From Perna viridis (Eukaryota), in the NCBI GenBank assembly GCA_037379345.1, contig CM074511.1:14074001-14138000 (forward strand): DNA of 64,000 bases. The letters run 5' to 3'. This document shows positions 54,461 to 64,000 of this stretch, piece after piece. Both the position numbers and the translations under genes were made by a program. The notes under the pieces are model-generated. The model made no database searches. It was given only the letters and a program-made list of their open reading frames with translations, and was not told the origin of the DNA. The stretch's first letter is position 1; the number at the start of each line of letters is the position of its first letter.

Positions 54461-55979
54461 GTTATGCAAATAACTCGTCCCTTTTGATTCACAATAGAGT
54501 CTTCGAAGGTAATACAAGGAAACATTGATTTGCTTTAAAAGATGTTCAGTTTGTACAGATTTTAGGTAGAAAATAGGCAAATACGACGTCCAAGAAATGT
54601 TCTGAAATTTTGCATGTGGAAAGATCAACTCGATTGCAATCATACGACAGAAAAAAATGACATTGTATCGGATTTCATTTTCTAAGTACATAAATTTGAA
54701 ATATACAGGTACAAGTATAGTGATGAAAATCCAAAGTATCAGAAGGAATCTGGTTTCTTGTTTCTCAGGGTTTGATTAAGACTGTATGGTACTTGTACAT
54801 TGTTGATCCTTATCTTTCATGCTCACTTACTTCATAATGATGGACAATGAAAATTAATATACTTTTGTCATAACATCATTAATCAAGTGCTCTTGGATTG
54901 TTGTCTGGACTTTTTGCCTTAAATGTACTATTTTTGTGGTAAATGATATTTGTGTTATCTGAGTTTTGCAATTAAAATGTAATCTTGAATGGATTGCAGG
55001 CATAAAAGAAAAATATTAATTTTACATTCTATCATTTTTTATCCTTTTCTATTTAAAACTCCCATTGATTAAGTCTTTGTGTTTATAAAGCAGTGTTTTA
55101 TTGACTTGCAAGAACAGTCACAATGACTCTTTTGTGTGGAGGTGAAAAACTGCTTAGGGCAAGACAAAATGCATGATTTGATTTTTCTGATGGTTTATGA
55201 TAAAGCTTGTGTAAAATCCATCTTTAATTCAATTGACTATGTAAAACTCAATAACCTTCTTCTTATTTATTTGTACCTTCTGTATTTTTCAGTGGCTGAG
55301 AAATTTAAATAACTTTTGACACATGTCAATGAGGGATGGTTTCAGATAAATTTAAAAAAGGGCATTTTGAAGGGTTCTAACACAAACTTAATGTAAATGT
55401 GTTAGATGTCGTAGGATGGGGTTTTCAGGGGTTACTGGTAGTTTGGGGTCATTGTATGCAATATTAGCTTTTGATTGTCATGGAAATTTATTTGTAAAAT
55501 GGAATAAAGGATGTGGCTGTTTGAGCTTCCTTTCCTGGTATTTGTGGTAGAAAAAAAGAAGTTCATAATAGTAAGTTTGAAAAGAAAAACATGAATAACT
55601 TGATAAATTGTGAAGTTAAAATCCACTTAAAATAATATTTCTTATGTATTTCTGACTCATTAATTTTTGGACAGAATCATAAATATTGCTCAAATGGGGA
55701 GATAACTCTTCATTTTTTAATGTTGGTACACCTGTTTGTAAAATGGAGTAGTGGTTAATTTACATTGAACATGGTATTTAAATGACAGTAATTTACACAT
55801 TTAAACCACACTAAAAGAGTTGAGAAGGGGAAAAAATATGGTAAAAGTTGGCATGTTAACTGGATTTAAAATTTACCGTTCTTTGAATGTACAGTGACTT
55901 GCAAGTATTTTAAATATTTTCTTCTTTTTCAAGTGTGATAATGTTTAGATTCATAGTTTTTATTTCTTTCTATTTTCAG

Positions 55980-56108
55980 ACAACTATCAATGAGTGAGTA
56001 TAGTATATGCGGTGTAGCCAGAATGTTCGGATGGTGTGACTACTATAGGTGGATATAAAAATGATCAGATTCATCTTACTACGGGTAGACAGTGGGACTT
56101 AAAGAGGA
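55980..56108 (+). other. 5'-UTR part of the first coding exon of the plexin gene
   Basis: A strong acceptor, tttttatttctttctattttcag|a, has its AG at 55978-55979, 129 nt upstream of the ATG at 56109. This implies non-coding exon(s) further upstream. Confidence 0.7.
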
Positions 56109-57344
56109 ATGAAAATGGCAGTGTTCCAGGATTGGTGGATTCAGTCCCCTTGCAGTAGAGTTTTACTGGTTGTATGTGTTTTGCAACACTTTTTCCTGGT
56201 GCTGAATTCGATTGTTGCATTATCTTATCCTGTTAATTCATACAGAGTAGAAACAACTTTCTTGAAAGACAACAGCAGTGAAAATGGTTCCATCATTCAT
56301 TTCATTTATGATAGAGATCTGAATTCATTTTATGTTGGTGGTACAAATCGAATCTTCAAGCTTAGCTCTTCTCTAGAAATTCAACAAGAGTTAATCACAG
56401 GTCCAAAGTTAGACAGCATTCACTGTGAACCAGACTCATCTAATTGTGAATATGCTAAGGAATTAACAGATAATTACAACAAAATATTGCTCATCCAACA
56501 ACCAGTGAATGGAAATGGCCATATTATTGTTTGTGGAAGTTTGTTTCAAGGATACTGTGAGTTCCGTGATTTACACAATATAAGTAGGACTATTAGTGCC
56601 AATGTGGAAAACAAAAAAGTAGTAGCAAATGAGAAAAAGGCTTCAACTGTTGGTATTCTAGTTAGAATTGGCCTAAGTGAGCATGTCATTTACATTGGAA
56701 CATCATTTCCAATAGCATTCGTCTGTGAGAGTGATGAATATAGTAAGTTTCGTAGAAGTAGTGTTCCAAGTTTGAGTATGAGAAAGTTATCAATGGATGA
56801 TGCCTTTGATTTGTATAATTCTCAGCTTGTAAGTCTTAGCAAAGTGTCTTCATCCTTGAAGGTTCATGATGATATGTTGGAAAAGTATACCATTGATTAT
56901 AAATCAGCATTTTCTGTTGGAAATTACACCTTTTTTTTATCGATTCAACCTTCACGTACTTGTCAAAATGTACAAAGTGGCCCTCCTGTATCCGAATCAA
57001 AGATATCCTCAACATGCATTTCTGATACACTTTTTTATTCTTATGTGGATATTCCATTGAAGTGTGGAAATAGTATCGTCTACAACTTGATTCAAGCTGG
57101 AAAAACCTTGGTTCCTGGATTAAATTTACAAGAAAAAATGCTATTAAGTGATACAAAGGAAAAACACATTGTAGTTGGAATTTTCCATAAAATTGTCAGT
57201 GCAAATCAGGTTGATTCAGCTATTTGTATTTATTCTATCTCTGAAATTCAACGCAAAATGCAGGAAAATATCAACCTCTGTATGAATGGGAACAGATCAG
57301 TAAGGGGGGATGATAAATTTGAACATGGTGCAAAATGTGATTCA
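56109..57344 (+). CDS. Plexin (class A vs B not resolvable), first coding exon: signal peptide and most of the Sema domain, 412 codons
   Basis: The 442-aa ORF has a hydrophobic N-terminus and plexin Sema motifs: FYVGGTNRIFKL, TGPKLDSIHC, LTDNYNKILLI, VCGSLFQGYC, VVANEKKASTVG, FYSYVDIPLKC, YNLIQA, SAICIYS..IQRKMQENINLCMNG. Donor TCA|GTAAGT at 57344/57345, phase 0. The ORF tail beyond 57344 is intronic. Confidence 0.93.
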
Positions 57345-57371
57345 GTAAGTATAAACTATATTTTTGTTTGG

Positions 57372-57473
57372 AGTGGCAGATCCAGGGGGTTCAGATTAAA
57401 GAACCCTTACCCTGTTGTTGGAATTCATGTTTTTTGAGGTAAGACTTATAGCCCCCTCTCTGTATCTGCCACT
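57372..57473. mobile_element. ~100-bp MITE located 27 bp into the first coding intron of the plexin
   Basis: TIRs agtggcagatccag (57372-57385) and ctgtatctgccact (57460-57473) match at 13/14. Confidence 0.75.
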
Positions 57474-58487
57474 GGTATTTATTTCCACTTTGAAACCTTC
57501 ATTTTCAAGAGGATTTTGAGTTATATTCCTGATTGTCGTATTTTTTGCAAATTAGATATAAAAAATGAAATACATATCTATTCTGCAATTTGTTTATTAT
57601 CAAAATTAATTATGTTAATTATGAAAGGGTATAAAGATCTGAAGGGCTAAACAAAATTCTGTTGCCAATTTTGAAGTTTATAGGAAGTAATATTTGTGAA
57701 TTTTCAGAATGTTATATTAACTTCTCAGATGTGTAGCATCTAAATCTTGATTGGTATGGCTGGGGTAATGAACACATATTTGAACTTGTTTTTCTTATTT
57801 ACTGAGTAAAATATCTTTTTTTTTTTTTTTTGTTCTTTTATTTATTTTGACAAAAATTATAGGTACTCTGCCAGCTGTACCTGTCGAACCAGCTGCTATG
57901 CCCCTGCTTTTTTACTGGATTGGGAATTTTTGTATGGAAAGAAGAAATTTTCTAATATTCTGCAGCACTCTTTGTACTACAATTGTACTTCTACATTCCA
58001 ATTGTACATGTTACTATGTACTGTATCAATATTTGCACTTGTATTGAATTTTTTTGGCAACAATCTTAGACATGAATTTTTTTATCCAAAGATCTTCTAA
58101 AAGGTAATCTCAATTTAAAGTAAAAGGTGTATAGTGCATGAAAATAAATTTTAATAAATGATTTCTTAAAATTCCTTACTCATCAATCAGCTAGCTTGAA
58201 ATTTGATAGAGAAAAATTAATGATTTTAGGAAAATTATTATGAAACATGGCCTAAGACAAACACTGATTATAATATATGTTAGACTCTCATTTAAGAAAG
58301 GAACTCCTTGAGTGGCATTTCAAAGTTTAATTTTACAGCAGAAAAATCTCAGACTCAATTTTTCAAATACATGAAGGTAAAATGAAACTTAGTTCACAAC
58401 AGCCTGTATACATCCATCAGAGTGAGAATTATTGACAATGTCCTTCATTGTAAAAAAAAAAATGTATTTGTATTTCATCTTTTTTAG

Positions 58488-58685
58488 TCTGGTGTAATTG
58501 GAGCAAATCACGCATCTCTATGCAACGTCTTTATATCAAGTTATGGAAGGGTTGAAGGTATTCTTCCTGCTGTATCCAAGCCTGCTATTGTCTTCCCAAA
58601 CACAACATTGACTTCCATTACATTAACCACAACTACCAACTTTACACTTGCTTTTCTTGGTACTGCAAATGGGCTTATGAAAAAG
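58488..58685 (+). CDS. Plexin coding exon 2 (Sema domain), 198 bp
   Basis: Acceptor catctttttttag| and donor AAG|GTAAAA, phase 0/0. Translates SGVIGANHASLCNVF...TTLTSITLTTTTNFTLAFLGTANGLMKK, containing the typical plexin T-x-A-F-L-G-T-x-x-G-x-x-K-K motif. Confidence 0.9.
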
Positions 58686-58792
58686 GTAAAAGTAATAGAT
58701 AAAATAAGACATTTTTTATTTTTTTCCTTTGCCGGAAAACTTTTGAATTAATGGGATTGTATTATGTTGTGGTGCTTTCATTGTTGTTATAT

Positions 58793-58848
58793 TCATCCTC
58801 AGTATTAGCATGGTCATCATCCTCAGTATTAGCATGGTCATCATCCTC
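58793..58848. repeat. Tandem repeat, 24 bp x 2.3
   Basis: tcatcctcagtattagcatggtca occurs at 58793, 58817 and (partial) 58841. Confidence 0.93.
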
Positions 58849-59135
58849 ATTCATAGACATTTGGTTTCTTCACAGTTAATAGTCCTTGAAAATCATTTTA
58901 TGGATCTTATTATACAAAAGTCAGGTTGGGATTTTGGAGGTTATGACTATCAGCGTTTGGGTAAAAGGGTGTAATATAAGTGGCAGAACACAAACCTTTT
59001 ACTAGTTTATACTAGTTTATACACAATAACTTGAGCGATCTCTATGAAATTATACTATAAATATCAAGCTATCAGAACAATACCAATATCTATATTTGTA
59101 ACATGATGTTAAACCATATCACAAAAATATTTGGG

Positions 59136-59238
59136 TCTGACACTCTTAGGGAATCACACTGTCATTGTTCGTGTCAGCATCCGCAGCTCTGACACTCTTA
59201 GGGAATCACACTGTCATTGTTGGTGTCAGCATCCACAG
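59136..59238. repeat. Tandem duplication, 52 bp x 2
   Basis: tctgacactcttagggaatcacactgtcattgtt(c/g)gtgtcagcatcc(g/a)cag occurs at 59136 and 59188. Confidence 0.95.
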
Positions 59239-60727
59239 TGGCTACATTTTTAGATGCCTTTTTTATTTGTAGACATTCGATGTATAGGCAGTTACATAAG
59301 TAAGATTCTTTGTAAGAATCATGCAAATTCTGTAATATGTGATACACCCCAAAAAAGGCTACACATTTTAATTTTTTGTAATCGAGATGCTTTATAGGTC
59401 TATATGATGAAATGAATAATTTTTCATTCCAGTCTGTCTGCTCTTAGTAGATAATTCACATTGAAAATCCAACAGTTTCTGTTGTATTTTAGTGTCATTT
59501 ACAGAGTTATCTCCCTTAATTTTGAATTCTGCAGTGCATTCTATATAATTTTTATCTCTTATGAACAAGGGTTATATGAAAAGCCACATGTTAATTTATG
59601 TTTACTTATGAATTTTAAACAAAATATCAAATATAAAAATATGTAGGCTTTCCAACCATGTATCACATTTTGCATATTATCTGGAGTGCTAGTGTCATGT
59701 CAACTATGGACATTCATACTACAGCAGCAAGTTAAAAAAAACAAAGACAGAACTAAAACAAAAAACAAAAAAAAACATTGAGCGGTTTCATTATGAATAG
59801 GCAATAACAGTGAACAGACTTGATATAAAATTGATCTACGGATGACGCTTAGAACTGTGGGGAAAAATTCCAGGCTGTGCTGAGTATTTTCACTAGTTTG
59901 AGCTTTGAGCTAAATTACTATATCAAAGTTTTTGTCAAGTCAGTGCACTGTTATTGTCTTTATACTGCAACAAAATTTTGAAAGAAATGTGACTTATTTG
60001 AAGTAAATGACATTATTTGTGACATCACAACAAAAAAATTATATTCATTCAGTGACCATACATAAACCACTTGTAAATATATGGTCAATGCATTTTGACT
60101 GTTCAAATAGAACAGTTGCAGTAAAAATAGTTTTATTAGATACTTTCACATGTTAAAGAAACAACAAAAAAGATGGTTAGATAAGGTTCTAGATATTGAC
60201 CTGTTTGATAGACCATTTAAGTAGCAGTCTTTGTAAAGATCAGACAGGAGGTGCTTCATGCATATCAAAAACCCACCAAATTCAGTTTTATTTCTTGTTC
60301 AGAAACTGTTACTGATCACACTACCAGTCTTAGTTTTTCATTTAGTTGCTTCTTAAAAATTATATGGATTGTACATGAAATTAGCACTTTGCAAGAGTTA
60401 TCATTCTTCATTTTGTTTGATTTTGTTGATTTTAGTGCTAGATAAATGTATGATTTTCTCAAAAGTGCAGATCTGAATAAAGAAATAATTATTGCTGTGT
60501 GAAAATATAGCATATGTAGACTGAAAAAGCATTATTTGTTGGTGGGTTTTTCTACACTATGAATTTCTTAACCATTGGCAGTGTCTGAATTTTATGTGGA
60601 CTGGTACTTAAAAAGACTATGAGTAAATCAAGAAACAGTGAAGAATTTTCTTAAAATGAAATAGGCTTACTGCATGTTAGATAATTTTCTAGGTATACAA
60701 ATGACATCACTTATTTCTTCTTTCTAG

Positions 60728-60859
60728 ATTGTATTAGAAGAGAAATCATTAGCTAAAGAGTATGATACTGATCTTGTCATTGACAAAGGATATCCAATTA
60801 ACCAGGATACTATTTATGACGTGGAACATAGGAAACTCTATCTTACCAGTTCAAGATTG
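60728..60859 (+). CDS. Plexin coding exon 3 (end of Sema domain), 132 bp
   Basis: Acceptor atttcttctttctag| and donor TTG|GTATGT, phase 0/0. Translates IVLEEKSLAKEYDTDLVIDKGYPINQDTIYDVEHRKLYLTSSRL. Confidence 0.88.
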
Positions 60860-61641
60860 GTATGTCAATGTTTGGCATTTACAAAATGTTCAATAAAAGA
60901 GAAAAAGAAACTGGCTACAGCACATACAATGATTATGTTCAGTGGATAGATTTGGTCAAATGACAATCACCTAATAAATGTTTCCTAGGTAATTGACTAC
61001 ACAATTGATAAAGAGCTTGAAACCTTCATTAAATATCTATTGTATCATCTACCTATAGTGGGAATACTAGTTCATTTAGTGATTGTCATTTAATCATTGG
61101 AAGACGACATTTATCCCTTAACATGATCATTAAATGTGCTGTAAATCTGCATATTGTAAGAAGAGGACTGATATTGTTTTTCGATAAAATATTCTTCTGA
61201 ATGAATTAACTGCAGTTTCTCATTTTTTTCTCTGTATAAAACAAATTGACAATGGTTCAAGGAAGATAACTATTGCAATAAAATCAGTAACTAAAAATGA
61301 ACTTGCGTCTGTAGAAAAAGTAAAACTACAAGCATGAGAGTGTATATAATATTGTCAAGTGCTGAGAGAAAGAAAGAGTAAGAAATACACTCAATAAAAT
61401 TAACTTATTGATACAAATACATTTGGAAAATAATGGAAAAAAAACAATGAATCTTTGTGCACACACAAATGTATTATTTTCACACTCAGTAAATAAGCAT
61501 AATTGATGAATGAATGTGTTTGTTCTTTGTGGAAACGTCATGAATAATAATGCATATGATTTTAGTGGTAAGGGAAGTTTTATTTCTTAGCCATTAAAGT
61601 TACAGGTTTATAGCTGATCTCTGTTATCTTACTTTTTGTAG

Positions 61642-61742
61642 GTTGCCAAAGTACCAGTTGAGAATTGTGGGCAATATAAGAATTGTTCCACATGTTTGGG
61701 AAGTATGGATCCATTCTGTGGATGGTGTACATTAGAAAATAG
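61642..61742 (+). CDS. Plexin coding exon 4 (PSI domain), 101 bp
   Basis: Acceptor cttactttttgtag| and donor AG|GTAGAG, phase 0/2. Translates [33 protein letters not shown](R), a canonical PSI CxxCL...DPxCGWC motif. Confidence 0.93.
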
Positions 61743-61854
61743 GTAGAGATAATTAAAAAATATCATGATAATTCAATTTCACAAATTGTAATGGAACTTG
61801 TTTTTTATCAATAAACACATGGGATCCTCTCTATCTCAGGAAAATTTCTAACAA

Positions 61855-62317
61855 TAATAGGAATAAGGGGCTGAAACAGGAGCAAAATTAAACTTTTTCT
61901 AGATTGTGGACAATAACAAGTAAATGTTAATGCATCTCATTGAAATTGTATCAAAAAGTGCCACACTACCAAAGGGAAGCCTGATAAGACTCTCGGGATT
62001 GTGACTTAAACCATTTTTTAATTAAGGGCCAAAAAGCAAGCATTTTTCTAATATCTGGACAATGACTTGACTGTAAGTGAAAGGATATCTTTAATATTAT
62101 AGCACATGGTGATGTACAATTAAAAGAAGGCTTGGATTGATTTTGGGTGTGGTGACTGGAACTGTTGAGGAATAAGGGGCATAAGATTCTTTTCAATTTT
62201 TTTACTGTGTCAAATATTGAGTCACATTCTAAATACAGAGCAGTATCAAGCTTAAATGCCCCAACAGTTCAGGGTTCAACCTCTATGGTCATAACAAGAT
62301 GCCCCCACCTAGCATTT
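61855..62317 (+). mobile_element. Degenerate satellite-bearing (Helentron-type) element in a plexin intron
   Basis: Diverged ~150-160-bp repeats are marked by ggaataaggggc (61860, 62169) and ttaagggcc (62022). The 3' end tgccccaacagttcagggttcaacctct resembles a mytilid repeat terminus (from memory). Confidence 0.45.
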
Positions 62318-62751
62318 CATAAGCATATTGAACTTAGCCATTTTTTCACTTTATAATGTAGATGGTACCTACTTAGTGTAATCTGTAAAAGTATTTACCA
62401 ATACATTGTATTATTATTGTAGTATTTATACACAAATTGAAGATGTGTACTTTATGTTATGGAGAAATTTGAGTATTTTATTTGTTTATTATTAAGCATA
62501 TTGAACTTAGCATTTTTTTTCAGTACACATGTATATGGTATCTTAAGTATATTACTTTATATTGCTTTAGGAAATTTTAAACTGATAATTTGTTTTTTTT
62601 CTCTCCACATTTTTCTTGAGGAAAAAGATAGGGCTCCAGGTTCCTTCAGATCTGCCACTGGTATTAGACACCATTAAGACTGATCCTTATTTCTAAGGGT
62701 TTACCATCAGTAGATATATTTTACTTCAGTCAGAATCATTTTCTTCTGCAG

Positions 62752-62875
62752 GTGTACTTTAAAATCAGAATGTTCTTTATCAACCCAGAATGTAGATAGA
62801 TGGAAAATTTTAACAGACTGTACAGCAATAAATGACATCTCTCCACCAGATGCTTCTACATCACAGAATGTCATC
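62752..62875 (+). CDS. Plexin coding exon 5 (end of PSI, start of IPT/TIG-like domain), 124 bp
   Basis: Acceptor cattttcttctgcag| and donor ATC|GTAAGT, phase 2/0, matching the upstream exon. Translates (R)CTLKSECSLSTQNVDRWKILTDCTAINDISPPDASTSQNVI. Confidence 0.88.
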
Positions 62876-63581
62876 GTAAGTTTATCAGCTAGTTTATTGT
62901 TTTTTAATCTTCTAAAATTGCAAAAAAATTAGTTACTACAGATGACAATGTTATGTCAAATTAACTACTAATATGACATTGTCAATGAACAGAATAACTT
63001 CTGTTTTAACTGTCTCAACAGAACATGACATCTTGTCCAATCAGACTTCCTGCCATAAATAGCAGAGATTTCTTACTTTTGAGACAAGACTATTCCTTGT
63101 TTCCTTTACTCACCTGTGGGTTAAAACATGCCACATATATAATGACAGATATCTTATAAGTACTAATGAGTACTATTGAGAATGGCATTCTGAATAAGCA
63201 TATAGATCACAAAATTATTTCAATTATGAAAAATAGATTTAAACACTAGAAAAACCCAAAAATATTTAATTTTGAAACCTTCAGGTATGATTTGAATGTC
63301 TTTTCAATCAGCAGAGCTTCAGAAGATATTTAAGCTTTTGTTGGCACTTAAGTTTCCTTGTTGGCCATTCATAAACTGCACAAGGGAGAACAATTTACTG
63401 TATATATGAAATATCTTTATTGATATAATTATTTTCATTGCTGAGCTTTATAAAAAGCAAACTTGCTGCATTACAAAAAATGTCAATCCTATTGTAAGGA
63501 ACAGTGAATTATAACTTTATTTTTAGACCTCATTGTCATTTTGTCTGTTATTTTTCAAAGATATTTGTTTAATATTTTCAG

Positions 63582-63741
63582 TTGTATCTGTCCATCATAG
63601 ATTTACCCAGGGAAACAAACTATAGCTGTGTATTTGACTTTGGTGTAGTGAAACCCTCTACAAAAGGCACCCCATGGAACTTTGGAATTAGTTGTCCTAC
63701 ACCTAATATATCAGATTTAGATATTACCTTTGGCCCAACAG
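63582..63741 (+). CDS. Plexin coding exon 6 (IPT/TIG-like domain), 160 bp; gene continues beyond the window
   Basis: Acceptor aatattttcag| and donor CAG|GTAAAG, phase 0/1. Translates LYLSIIDLPRETNYSCVFDFG...GISCPTP, matching the plexin Y-x-C-x-F ... C-x-T/S-P pattern. Confidence 0.85.
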
Positions 63742-64000
63742 GTAAAGTGCTCTGTCAATGCGAGACTCATAAGAGTAGTCAAGGATGTTAAAAATCCCTT
63801 AGTAGTGGTAAAGTGCCCAGTCATAAAAATTATTCATTAGCAAGTTCAAATTACAGTAAAATAGTTAATTTCATCAAATAGAGTTGGTCTGTCCTTGATT
63901 AAATGACCATTACCTAATGAAAAGTTAGTCATATTGCTTGCTGTAAATGTTTGGTTTCCTTTAATTGCTTTCTTCGGTTTAGATTAAGTATCGACGTAAA

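Noticed and set aside
299-55626. The remaining 60-116-aa ORFs in the track
   Set aside because: Their lengths and F/L/I/K-rich composition are what chance gives in AT-rich DNA. None shows domain motifs, transposase or RT signatures, or a consistent exon chain.
56836-57156. Antisense and alternative-frame ORFs inside the Sema exon
   Set aside because: These are shadow ORFs of the real coding exon with no recognisable motifs.
57345-57437. C-terminal 30 aa of the 442-aa ORF as normal plexin sequence
   Set aside because: It lies beyond the GTAAGT donor and runs into a MITE. Plexin similarity resumes in frame at 58488.

Overview
AT-rich, visibly CpG-poor eukaryotic genomic DNA. The repeat landscape looks molluscan, probably a mytilid bivalve; this is recognition from memory, not a database result. 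The only supportable protein-coding gene is the 5' part of a plexin on the + strand. I traced six GT-AG coding exons from 56109 to 63741 (about 650 aa), covering a signal peptide, Sema domain, PSI domain and the start of the first IPT/TIG-like domain; the gene continues past the window end. The preceding ~56 kb has no credible coding sequence and is most simply read as very large 5'-UTR intron(s) of the same gene. It carries many short non-autonomous transposons (MITEs, Helentron-type elements, SINE-like repeats) and several tandem arrays (42, 47, 25, ~59 and ~63 bp units). The most unusual element is a 518-bp retroposon at 36110-36627 with a perfect 13-bp target-site duplication. Its 5' end begins with a compact RNA pseudoknot and hairpin instead of a clear tRNA head. 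There are no prokaryotic features (CRISPR arrays, operons, rRNA).
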